Under the pieces are notes generated by a model. It worked only from the letters and a program-made list of their open reading frames with translations. It ran no database searches and was not told where the DNA came from. DNA of 38,733 nucleotides, from positions 1-38,733 of the forward strand of contig JBKHIT010000048.1 in the NCBI GenBank assembly GCA_046538485.1, given 5' to 3'. This document shows, piece after piece, positions 19,487-28,521 of the stretch; position 1 is the first letter of the stretch; each line of letters opens with the position of its first letter. Origin of the DNA: Candidatus Brocadiia bacterium. Lineage in GTDB: Bacteria > Planctomycetota > Brocadiia > SM23-32. A program made the translations under genes and the position numbers.

Positions 19487-20511
19487 TAGTGTTTCTCCTT
19501 CAGGCGATTGAAGACCTCCGGGGGATCGGCGATTTCCGCCACGCAAGCGGTAATGCAACGTCCGCAACCGACACATGCGCATTCTCCGATCATATCGGGG
19601 ACGTATTTGCCTTTTCGATAATAACGATGGCGGTAACGAGCGGCCTTGTCCTCGCGGAAATTATGGCCTCCGGCGACGCGCGCGAATCTCATCAACTGAC
19701 ATCCGTCCCATGCTCTTTTGCGTTCACCGCTTTCGAGGTCGTAGTCGATATCATCCTGAACATCAAAGCAGTAACATGTGGGGCAGACGTTTGTGCATGA
19801 GCCGCAGCTGAAACAAAGATCGGCTTTTTCTTCCCAGATGGAATGATCGGTTGCGTCTTCCAGCAATTTCGGCAACTCATCCGGGTTCCATTTCAGATCG
19901 TGCTGAGCAAGTTTTGTCCGGTTTTTTTGGCCAACTTGCTCTCTGGCCGCGAGCTGTTCGTCAGTCGGTTCTGACGCATCCGCCAATCCGGCTATCAGGT
20001 CATCGCCTTTATCCGTCTGCGATTCGACAACATATCCGTCGTCGATTTTTGTCAACCGCACGTCGAAACCTTCTTCGACAGTAGCGGTGCCCATGGGGCC
20101 GGCGAAGACATTCTCGCTGACAGATTGCACATCGACCACTACGATGGTTGATGCATTACGTCGCGCCACATAATGCTCATCACAATTATCCTGAGTAAAT
20201 ATGGTGTCCATCTGGTTTATGGCCACCATATCGTAGGGGTGCACTCCGAGCAGGACGAAAGGTTCGTCGTCGAAGTTACTTTCAAATTCGGCGCCTTTGA
20301 AGCGAGCTATAACTTCCTCCGGTGGCTGAAAACAAACTTTGTTAGGAGGAGTTAAAGAAACGTCATAGTCAAGGCGTAGCTCCGAGGCGTCGGACAAGTC
20401 GCCAAAATCAAAACGGTCCCGTTTGGCTTGAGGGGCAATGACCTTTGTCTCCCGGATCAGATCATTTACCCAGCCAGCAAGGACCCCTGCATCAATCATC
20501 TTAAGACTCAT
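19486..20511 (-). CDS. hydB: Group 3b hydrogenase beta subunit (4Fe-4S dicluster, AsrA-like)
   Basis: CFSCGSCTNVCPTCYCF, WDGC, CVGCGRCITAC; AGGAG RBS. Confidence 0.92.
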   Translation of the reverse strand: MSLKMIDAGVLAGWVNDLIRETKVIAPQAKRDRFDFGDLSDASELRLDYDVSLTPPNKVCFQPPEEVIARFKGAEFESNFDDEPFVLLGVHPYDMVAINQMDTIFTQDNCDEHYVARRNASTIVVVDVQSVSENVFAGPMGTATVEEGFDVRLTKIDDGYVVESQTDKGDDLIAGLADASEPTDEQLAAREQVGQKNRTKLAQHDLKWNPDELPKLLEDATDHSIWEEKADLCFSCGSCTNVCPTCYCFDVQDDIDYDLESGERKRAWDGCQLMRFARVAGGHNFREDKAARYRHRYYRKGKYVPDMIGECACVGCGRCITACVAEIADPPEVFNRLKEKH

Positions 20512-20850
20512 AAGAGACTCCTGGCAGGAGACGGTAGACAGTGTTACAGTTTGGTGCGACGCTCCGACGTACAGGGAACCTGAGCCAAAGTGTCAACTGG
20601 GAGGATATGTTTTGCCGAGAAAAACGTCGCAATTTACGGTGAGTAGCTCCAGTTAAAAGTTGCGCTTTTACCATCGATTAAGCAGAATGCGGGATTTGCG
20701 AATTTGATCGTGGCATGTTTGACATTCTGGTTCCTAAACACATACCGCGCAAATTCAAAATACCACAGGGGGGATTCTGCGTAAGATATACATACGATTA
20801 ACCTTCGTTTATTATTATAACAGGGTTTTCAAGGTACGTCGAGGAAATGT

Positions 20851-22380
20851 ATGTCGGCCGATAGTGAAAAGCGAATCAGTAGCCTTCAGAAAGAAATTCT
20901 TCTGAGTCCGGGAGAGGTACGCCGAAAGTGCGCTGACCGACTCGAAGCATTTCTTGAATCGATGGATACCGATGCCGAGTACGCGTTTGAGTTTATCTAT
21001 TATCGTATCACCGGTTTTCGTTCCGATGAATTGCCGGTAGAGAGCTGGCCTGGTCGTGAGATAAGACCTCATTTGTTGCGTATGTTGAATCGCATTTCAG
21101 ACAGTGCCCCGACAGCTGCTGAGGATGTCCCGGAAAAACTTTTGACGGTCGAGGAGATTGCCAGCCGGTATGAGGTTTCTAAGAGAACGGTTTACCGCTG
21201 GCGGCAACGCGGCCTCATTTCACGGAAATACCGCTTCTCCGATGGCCGGGTCAGAACGGCGGTAAGGGAGAGTGCGCTTCTGGACTTTGTGGAAAAACGA
21301 CAGAACGAAATTGAACAATCGAGTCGGTTCGCGCGCCTTGATGCGGAGGAGAGGGATAAAATTGTCGGTATGGCCAGAAATTTTGCGGGGGAGTCCGGCA
21401 TTTCAATGACAGCTGCCGCGAGACAGATTGCCCGGGATCTGGGGCGATCTACAGAAACTGTCCGGCAGGTGTTGCACAAATACCAGGAAGATAATCCGGA
21501 AGCGGCTTTTTTTCAGAGCCGGAAAGAACCTTTAAGCCAATCTGAGAAAGAAGGAATTTTGAATTCTTATCGTAAGGGGCAAAGTGTGGAACGCCTGGCG
21601 GAGCGTTTTTGCAGGTCACGTTCGAGTATATATCGTATTATCAACGAAACGCGAGCCGAGGAACTTTTGGAATCGACAGGTGTTTCGGAAGGTTACATCG
21701 ACGAGGACCTTTTCGGGGTTGAGAACGCAGAGGAAAAAATTGTCGATGAGGCCCGCCAAAATGGATTAAATGCCCGCTTCCGTTTGTACAACTACTTGAA
21801 ATTCTCGTTTCGGAAGCTCAAGGGAAAAATTGACACCAATCGTTATGTTCCGAGCGGTCTTCTGGATAAGATCCAGATCCGCCGCGACGCCATTTTAGCT
21901 TTGCGTAGCGAACTTGCTACTGGCCAGCTTGCAACGGTTGTGAGTGTTGCACGCCAGCATTCAGGTCCACTGGCTCCCCTGGCGGATCTCCTTGCGGAAG
22001 GGTACCGCTGTATGCTCGACGCGGCCGACGAATTCGACTACAGGTCTGGAAAAGAATTCGGACCCTTCGGGCGCATTCGCCTCTTGAAAATGTTTGCGAG
22101 GACGGTGCCCCAGCAGAATTTCAATTCGCGAGTTGCAGCCGATTCATCAGCCGGACAAAGGCCAACGATACGGCACAAGATGCTTGAACCACTGGCGGAA
22201 ACTATGGTTTCAACTCGTCCCCTTCTCTCGGCGGCAGCAAAAGAGAGGCTGACGGCCGATTTTGGAGTTTCTTTGACCCGTTTGCCGGAAGTTTTGATCG
22301 AGGTGGCGAGACAGCTGGATTTGTCCGAGGCACAGGGCCAAAAAACGGCGAACTGGGCGTTGGGCCGGAGGGGGGAGTAA
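20851..22380 (+). CDS. Multi-HTH DNA-binding protein with degenerate sigma-70 regions 2 and 4
   Basis: YRITGFR; HTHs LTVEEIASRYEVSKRTVYRWR, IARDLGRSTETVR, LAERFCRSRSSIYRI; VVSVARQH...DLLAEG...AADEFDY. Confidence 0.75.
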   Translation: MSADSEKRISSLQKEILLSPGEVRRKCADRLEAFLESMDTDAEYAFEFIYYRITGFRSDELPVESWPGREIRPHLLRMLNRISDSAPTAAEDVPEKLLTVEEIASRYEVSKRTVYRWRQRGLISRKYRFSDGRVRTAVRESALLDFVEKRQNEIEQSSRFARLDAEERDKIVGMARNFAGESGISMTAAARQIARDLGRSTETVRQVLHKYQEDNPEAAFFQSRKEPLSQSEKEGILNSYRKGQSVERLAERFCRSRSSIYRIINETRAEELLESTGVSEGYIDEDLFGVENAEEKIVDEARQNGLNARFRLYNYLKFSFRKLKGKIDTNRYVPSGLLDKIQIRRDAILALRSELATGQLATVVSVARQHSGPLAPLADLLAEGYRCMLDAADEFDYRSGKEFGPFGRIRLLKMFARTVPQQNFNSRVAADSSAGQRPTIRHKMLEPLAETMVSTRPLLSAAAKERLTADFGVSLTRLPEVLIEVARQLDLSEAQGQKTANWALGRRGE

Positions 22381-22495
22381 TTGCTATCAAAGGGGCCGTG
22401 CTGTGTCTGAACCGATGTGCTTTTGTCTCTTCATGGATTTTGCGAAGATTTTGGGCTTGATAAATCCGGCCCTGAAACGTTCGAGCATGTTTCAT

Positions 22496-22524
22496 TTGCG
22501 AATAGAATATATCTTGCGTAACAT
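22496..22524 (+). promoter_or_regulatory. Putative promoter for the DUF1015 gene
   Basis: TTGCGA-N17-TAACAT. Confidence 0.35.
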
Positions 22525-22594
22525 ACGCGCTTGTGCGTTTGTTTTTCGGTTACTGGTTGCTTGCGAAGCATAAAACGCAGTTGGGAGTTCTACA

Positions 22595-23920
22595 GTGTCT
22601 TCTATCGTCCCATTCAAGGGGTTACGTTTTAACAGGAACCGGATTTCATTTATTTCCCGTGTTGTAGCCCCCCCTTATGATATTATTGATGCCGATAAAG
22701 AAGAGGAACTTGAGACCAAAGACGAACACAATATTGTGCGGTTGACTATGGGTAAAACGCCGCCGGCCGGTCGGCCAGAAGAGGCTTATGAGACGGCTGC
22801 TGCGTTGCTTTCAAAGTGGCGGGATAAATCTGTTCTGGTTCGAGACGAAACCCCCTCGATTTACATTGTTGAACAGACGTTTTCGATCAGTGGGGAAGAG
22901 TTTACTCGCTGGGGTTTTGTGGCAGGTGTTTTGCTTGAGGAACTGGGAGAAAAAAGTGTCTACCCCCATGAGATGACGACTTCTTTCTCACGCTCAGACC
23001 GCTACAAACTTGTCGAGGCATGCGATGCAAATTTGAGCCAGGTTATGTTCATTTACAGTGATCCCGACGGGAAAATCGACCAACTGGTTGCCGAGCAGCG
23101 TTCTGAATCTCCCATTTACTCTTTTTGTAATTCGGACGACGTAGCATACAGAGTATGGCAGGTAGAGGACAAAGAGTGGATTTACAGACTCGTTCGGGGA
23201 ATACAGTCTCAGGATCTTGTTATCGCAGACGGCCATCATCGTTATGAAAGCGCTTTCAATTACTCCCGGGAAAATCGCTCGGAAGAAACCCCGCTCGGCT
23301 CGAACCTCATCGATTACGTGCCGGGCTTCTGTATTTCTGTGGCTAACCACGGCCTTCAGACTTTGCCCACCCATCGTCAGGTTCATAGCAAGATAGATTT
23401 TTCATCCAATAACCTGGTGAAAAAATTGCAGGACAGCTTTGATTTTTCCAAGTTAAATGTCAGGAAACCGGAGACAATCCAGCACGATTTCGATCATGCC
23501 TGTGCCGATCACGAATCGATTGCATGTATTTTGCCCGGTGAGAGGAATGTCTTACTCACGCCGACAGAAAAAGAAGAGCTGCGGTCACGGTTCCCGGACA
23601 CAGCCGATAGCTGGTGGGAGCTACCCGTCAGTATCCTCCATTACGTGGTGTTTCCCGACGTGTTGAGCATTGAACCGGGCAGCGATGATGAAGCTGAGAT
23701 GGTGAATTACATCCCCGATGCGGAAGAGGTTTACTGGGGGGTCGAAAGCGGAGAATTTGATATCGGATTTTTGCTCCCAGCAACAAAGCCAAAAGATGTT
23801 CAGCGTGTGGCAAGTTCCGGAGAGCGATTGCCGATGAAATCAACATACTTTTATCCGAAAATTGATTCGGGACTCGTAATCTATTTGCATGAGGAGCAAG
23901 TCGCCGAGAGGAAAGAATAA
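22595..23920 (+). CDS. DUF1015 family protein
   Basis: PFKGLRF, VVAPPYDII, PHE, IADGHHRYE, PTHR, LPMKSTYFYPK..SGL; GTG start after GGGAG. Confidence 0.9.
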   Translation: MSSIVPFKGLRFNRNRISFISRVVAPPYDIIDADKEEELETKDEHNIVRLTMGKTPPAGRPEEAYETAAALLSKWRDKSVLVRDETPSIYIVEQTFSISGEEFTRWGFVAGVLLEELGEKSVYPHEMTTSFSRSDRYKLVEACDANLSQVMFIYSDPDGKIDQLVAEQRSESPIYSFCNSDDVAYRVWQVEDKEWIYRLVRGIQSQDLVIADGHHRYESAFNYSRENRSEETPLGSNLIDYVPGFCISVANHGLQTLPTHRQVHSKIDFSSNNLVKKLQDSFDFSKLNVRKPETIQHDFDHACADHESIACILPGERNVLLTPTEKEELRSRFPDTADSWWELPVSILHYVVFPDVLSIEPGSDDEAEMVNYIPDAEEVYWGVESGEFDIGFLLPATKPKDVQRVASSGERLPMKSTYFYPKIDSGLVIYLHEEQVAERKE

Positions 23921-23953
23921 AATCGAAGGGCTGCGGAACAGTAGAGGAAAATA

Positions 23954-24427
23954 TCAGCTTGAGCAAAGTTGGTCGAGCATCTGCTGGGCGGTTAGCTTGA
24001 GTTTCGGGTGGTAGGCCTCGGGTGAAATTTCGCAGAGAGGGACGAGAACAAAGCGCCTTTCGTGCATGCGGGGATGAGGGATTTGAAGGGCTGGCTGTTT
24101 AATGACTTCACTTCCATAAAGCAAAATATCAAGGTCAAGTGTGCGAGGACCCCATCGCACCGACCGCTCCCGCCCGAAATCCTTTTCAATCGATTGCAAC
24201 TTTTCCAGTAGTGTTTCTGGGGCAAGTTGTGTTTTTACCTTCGCAACCGCGTTAAGAAAATTGCCCTGCGGAGGGCCCCCCACAGGTTCTGTTTCGTGAA
24301 ATTCGGAGACCTTCAGGACATCTATACGGTCTTGTTCTTCGAGGGCACGGACGGCTCCTTCCAGGTTAGCCCGTCGATCGCCAATATTTGAGCCGAGTCC
24401 AATGAATACGATTTTGTCGGCTTTCAT
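23954..24427 (-). CDS. folK: 2-amino-4-hydroxy-6-hydroxymethyldihydropteridine diphosphokinase
   Basis: IGLGSNIGDR, FLNAV, RWGPRTLDLDIL, IPHPRMHERRFVL. Confidence 0.96.
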   Translation of the reverse strand: MKADKIVFIGLGSNIGDRRANLEGAVRALEEQDRIDVLKVSEFHETEPVGGPPQGNFLNAVAKVKTQLAPETLLEKLQSIEKDFGRERSVRWGPRTLDLDILLYGSEVIKQPALQIPHPRMHERRFVLVPLCEISPEAYHPKLKLTAQQMLDQLCSS

Positions 24428-25269
24428 CTGCTCCCCTGCTCCCCGGTTTCAGGGAAAAGTTTATCGGTTTCCATTTGATCAAAGATAGCCCTGTGATTGA
24501 CAGGTCCGTGTCCTTTTCCCAGGCGAAGTCCACCTTCAATGGCGGCCTGGACGGCGTCACGGGCAGTTTCAACGGCTCTGGGCATTTCGAAGCCCATTCC
24601 CAGTAAAGTGGCGATGGCCGACGCGTAAGTACATCCCGTTCCATGCGTGTTTTTTGTCGATATTCGGGCACGGACTATTTCATAATATTTTGTTGCACCG
24701 CACAGAATGTCCACTGGTTCTCCGTCGAGATGCCCCCCTTTAAGGAGGACCCATTTGGGCCCAAGGGAGCGGAGATTTTCTGCGGTTTCCCGCATCTGTT
24801 GGGGGGTTTCGATGGTGACTCCAAGCAAAGCCTCGGCTTCCGGGATGTTCGGGGTAATGATCGAGGCCAGCGGAAAAAGTTCTTCACGAAGCGCTTTTTC
24901 GGCTTCGGGAGCGAGAAGACTGTCACCGCTTTTTGCAACCATGACCGGGTCAACAACGAGGTGAGGTGCCGGGTGTTCGCTGATACAGCTGGCAACCGTG
25001 TTGACGATTTCGGCATTGGCCAGCATCCCGGTTTTTACGACGTCGACTCCGATATCTTCGATCACAGCTTCAATTTGAGTGCGGACAAAATCGGGAGGCA
25101 CGTTGTGAATACCGCGAACGCCCGATGTGTTTTGGGCAGTGAGAGCCGTAATCGCACTCATGCCGAATCCGCCGAGGGCCGTGATTGTTTTCAGATCGGC
25201 CTGGATTCCGGCTCCACCCCCGCTGTCACTGCCGGCTATAGCCAGAATACGTGGCGTTTGACGGTGCAT
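24424..25269 (-). CDS. thiD: Hydroxymethylpyrimidine/phosphomethylpyrimidine kinase
   Basis: [49 protein letters not shown]; start reassigned to ATG 25269 (AAGGA RBS). Confidence 0.96.
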   Translation of the reverse strand: MHRQTPRILAIAGSDSGGGAGIQADLKTITALGGFGMSAITALTAQNTSGVRGIHNVPPDFVRTQIEAVIEDIGVDVVKTGMLANAEIVNTVASCISEHPAPHLVVDPVMVAKSGDSLLAPEAEKALREELFPLASIITPNIPEAEALLGVTIETPQQMRETAENLRSLGPKWVLLKGGHLDGEPVDILCGATKYYEIVRARISTKNTHGTGCTYASAIATLLGMGFEMPRAVETARDAVQAAIEGGLRLGKGHGPVNHRAIFDQMETDKLFPETGEQGSR

Positions 25270-25563
25270 TTGCTGGTTCCTTTGGGTGCGAGACACACTT
25301 GAAGTCAAAGATATGAGAGAATAACATAAGCGTTTCAACCGCCTTTTACAAAGCACCGCCTTTTTGCTCCATCCCCGGGAGAGACGGGGTTAGCCTGTAT
25401 AAGCGACTCGTCCGAGCTTTCCCTGGCGGGCGGAGAGCGCTTTTCTGCTTTTGGTTGTGAGATTCAGAGCGATCGAGCAGGAAGGACTTTGGTTCGGCGC
25501 TCAGCGCTGTCCCTATTGTGTATCGGGGTAAGGGCGTCTCACTCGGAAAAGAAAAAATAAACA

Positions 25564-26784
25564 ATGTCTCTTATCGTGCAAAAATTCGGTGGTTCTTCAG
25601 TTGGAACGCCTGATAAGCTGCAGGCTGCTGCCCGCCGTGCAGTTGGCCAGAGTCAGGAGGGCCATCAGGTTGTAGTCGTTGTCAGTGCGATGGGCGACCA
25701 GACGGATGAATTAATCGCTTTAGCCCGGCAGTTGCATCCGGAGCCTGATCCGCGCGAAATGGACATGTTAATGGCGGTTGGAGAACAGATGTCTGTGGCC
25801 CTGATGGCGATTGCTATTCATGCTCTCGATCATGGTGCGGTGAGCCTGACCGGGTCTCAGGCTGGTATACGAACAGATAGCGTTTCGAGCAAAGCCAAAA
25901 TTCAAACCATTGACACATCTCGTATCAGACAAGAACTTGAGAAAGATCAGATCGCCATTGTTGCGGGTTTTCAGGGCGTCGACGGCGAGGATAATATCAC
26001 GACGCTCGGTCGCGGCGGATCGGATACGACCGCAGTGGCCCTGGCGGCCGCATTGATGGCCGACCGATGCGATATTTTTACCGACGTTGACGGAATTTAT
26101 ACGGCCGATCCAGATATTGTGCCTGAGGCGATTCGCATGGACTGCGTCGATTACGATGAAATTCTCGAACTGGCCAGTATGGGTGCCAGAGTGATGCACT
26201 CAAGGGCTGTGGAAATTGCAAAACGTTTTTCCGTCCCGTTCCGGGTTCGTCCCAGTGCGGGTGAAACGGAGGGAACGCTCGTGGATGAACTGAATAAGAT
26301 GGAACAGGTTGATGTGCGCGGAGCCGCTCTCGAAACCGGCGAAGCGAAGATAACTATCCGGGACGTGCCGGACGAGCCGGGAGTGGCTGCCATGATATTC
26401 GGTGCGATCTCGGGCGAAAATGTGAACGTCGATATGATTGTTCAAAATGTCAGTGCGGCCGGCACCACGGACCTGAGTTACACTGTTTTGAGCTCAGATC
26501 TATCGGCGGCTCGTAAGATCTCAATGCAACTGGCGCAGGAATTGGGAGCTGGCGAGGTGGAGGTCGACGAGAACGTGGCGAAAGTCAGTATCGTCGGAAT
26601 GGGAATGCGAAGCCACAGCGGTGTGGCGGAGAAAATGTTCGAGTCGCTTGCCCGGCACAAAATCAACATTCAGATGATCAGTACTTCCGAGATTAAAATT
26701 TCGGTCGTGATCAGTTTTGAAGACGGTGAACGAGCGTTGCAGGCGGTTCACCAGGCCTTTAAGCTTGGAGAAAAGAAAAGATAA
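25564..26784 (+). CDS. lysC: Aspartate kinase
   Basis: VQKFGGSSV, VVSAMG, TTLGRGGSDTTA, TDVDG, two ACT domains. Confidence 0.96.
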   Translation: MSLIVQKFGGSSVGTPDKLQAAARRAVGQSQEGHQVVVVVSAMGDQTDELIALARQLHPEPDPREMDMLMAVGEQMSVALMAIAIHALDHGAVSLTGSQAGIRTDSVSSKAKIQTIDTSRIRQELEKDQIAIVAGFQGVDGEDNITTLGRGGSDTTAVALAAALMADRCDIFTDVDGIYTADPDIVPEAIRMDCVDYDEILELASMGARVMHSRAVEIAKRFSVPFRVRPSAGETEGTLVDELNKMEQVDVRGAALETGEAKITIRDVPDEPGVAAMIFGAISGENVNVDMIVQNVSAAGTTDLSYTVLSSDLSAARKISMQLAQELGAGEVEVDENVAKVSIVGMGMRSHSGVAEKMFESLARHKINIQMISTSEIKISVVISFEDGERALQAVHQAFKLGEKKR

Positions 26785-26861
26785 TGTTGTCCGGCCCGAG
26801 CGCGGTTCTGCGGCAATGATGATTCCTGCAGATCGGATCCTGTCAAGAAGATAAGAACATA

Positions 26862-28448
26862 ATGAATACTGAACACCAACAAATCGATCTTTACGATACG
26901 ACACTTCGAGACGGTTGCCAGGCCGAAGGTGTGTCACTTTCTCTCGAGGAAAAACTGCAACTCGCTGTGAAGATGGATGAACTGGGAGTTCATTACATCG
27001 AAGGTGGATATCCGCTTTCGAACCCGAAAGACGCCGAATTCTTCAAACGAGTATCAGACCTGGATCTGGAAACCGCCCGCGTGGCGGCCTTCGGCAGTAC
27101 GTGTCGTGCCGAGACGTCCCCGGAAGATGATATCGGGGTCCAGGCAGTGCTGAATGCTGAAACCCCTGCCGTCACTATCGTGGCCAAAGCCTGGGATCTG
27201 CATGTGGAAAAAGTGCTCCACACCTCCCTTGATGAGAACCTCCGGATGGTGGAGGAAACGATTCGTTATTTGAAAGACCAGAGTCGAGAGGTGATTGTCG
27301 ATGCAGAACATTTTTTCGACGGCGTGAAGAGCAATTCGGACCAGGCTCTCCTGGTGTTGAAAGTCGCCGCCGATGCCGGAGCAGATGTGCTTGTGCTATG
27401 TGATACCAATGGGGGAAGTTTGGTATCGGAAGTCGCCGAATGGACGGCCCGAGTGTGCGAGGAGGTAGATGTTCGGATCGGTATCCATTGCCATGACGAC
27501 AGCGGTTTGGCCGTTGCCAATTCAATTGCGGCGATCGAAAATGGAGCGCGCCATATACAGGGGACTTTTAATGGATTCGGAGAACGTTGCGGCAACATGG
27601 ATATCTGCGTGGCCGTCCCCATACTCGAATTGAAGACACCGTATACAACAATTGGCAAAGAGAATCTAAAGCAGATCACGAAAACAAGCCGGTTCGCCTA
27701 CGAAATTGGCAATATGATGTTGCGCAAACGTCAGCCTTTTGTCGGTACCAGTGCGTTCGCGCATAAAGGCGGCTTGCATGTTGATGCAATGCTCAAGGAT
27801 GAGCTCACATACGAGCATATTAATCCCGCAGAAGTGGGCAATGAACGCCGCTTTTTGATCGGTGAACTTTCCGGGCGCGCTGCGGTTATCAAGAAACTGG
27901 AGCGCTACGACTTGACCCACGACGGCGACGTTATGTCGCGGATTCTCAAGCGAGTCGGCGAGATGGAAAACGAAGGCTACCAGTTCGAGGCCGCTGAAGG
28001 TTCGTTTGCCCTTCTGGCGAAAAAGGAAGTTGGGAGCTACCACAGTATCTTTGAGGTGGAAGGTTATCACGTCAATATCATCAAACAGTCCGACGGCCGA
28101 TTGGTGACCGATGCGACGGTTAAATTAAATGTGAACGGACATCGCGAACATACGGCCAGCGAAGGCGATGGCCCGGTGAATGCGCTCGATGGCGCCCTGC
28201 GTAAAGCTCTTGAGCCGCATTATCCGGAACTTGCGAATATGCATCTCACGGATTACATGGTGCGGGTAATAAATCCGAAAGCGGCCACCGCCGCTAAAGT
28301 GAGGGTCGTCATCCAGAGCGCCGATCCTGACCACAGCTGGGGGACTGTGGGGGTGAGTGAGAATATCATCGAAGCCAGCTGGGAGGCGCTTGTCGACAGC
28401 ATCGAGTATAAACAACTTCTTGCCGAAGAGAACACGGCCGAAGATTGA
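26862..28448 (+). CDS. cimA: Citramalate synthase (LeuA/CimA family)
   Basis: YDTTLRDGCQAEG, DAEHFFDG, LCDTNGG, HCHDD, GERCGN, AFAHKGGLH, WGTVGVSENIIEASW. Confidence 0.9.
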   Translation: MNTEHQQIDLYDTTLRDGCQAEGVSLSLEEKLQLAVKMDELGVHYIEGGYPLSNPKDAEFFKRVSDLDLETARVAAFGSTCRAETSPEDDIGVQAVLNAETPAVTIVAKAWDLHVEKVLHTSLDENLRMVEETIRYLKDQSREVIVDAEHFFDGVKSNSDQALLVLKVAADAGADVLVLCDTNGGSLVSEVAEWTARVCEEVDVRIGIHCHDDSGLAVANSIAAIENGARHIQGTFNGFGERCGNMDICVAVPILELKTPYTTIGKENLKQITKTSRFAYEIGNMMLRKRQPFVGTSAFAHKGGLHVDAMLKDELTYEHINPAEVGNERRFLIGELSGRAAVIKKLERYDLTHDGDVMSRILKRVGEMENEGYQFEAAEGSFALLAKKEVGSYHSIFEVEGYHVNIIKQSDGRLVTDATVKLNVNGHREHTASEGDGPVNALDGALRKALEPHYPELANMHLTDYMVRVINPKAATAAKVRVVIQSADPDHSWGTVGVSENIIEASWEALVDSIEYKQLLAEENTAED

Positions 28449-28521
28449 ACTCCAAAGTCTTGAAACGGTTCTCTCTGAAAAAATCATAACGATCAGTTAT
28501 TTCCAAGATCAACAGGACACA

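Noticed and set aside
25270..25563. TPP riboswitch before thiD or lysine riboswitch before lysC
   Set aside because: No CTGAGA/ACCTGA core on the minus strand and no recognisable L-box motifs on the plus strand
28449..28521. T-box leader for valS
   Set aside because: Only 73 nt between cimA and valS and no GGTGGNACC motif
28357..28521. Longer ORF-track starts for valS, thiD, hydG, the protease, gene A and gene B
   Set aside because: Extensions overlap neighbours or lack homology; downstream ATGs have an RBS or stop-start coupling
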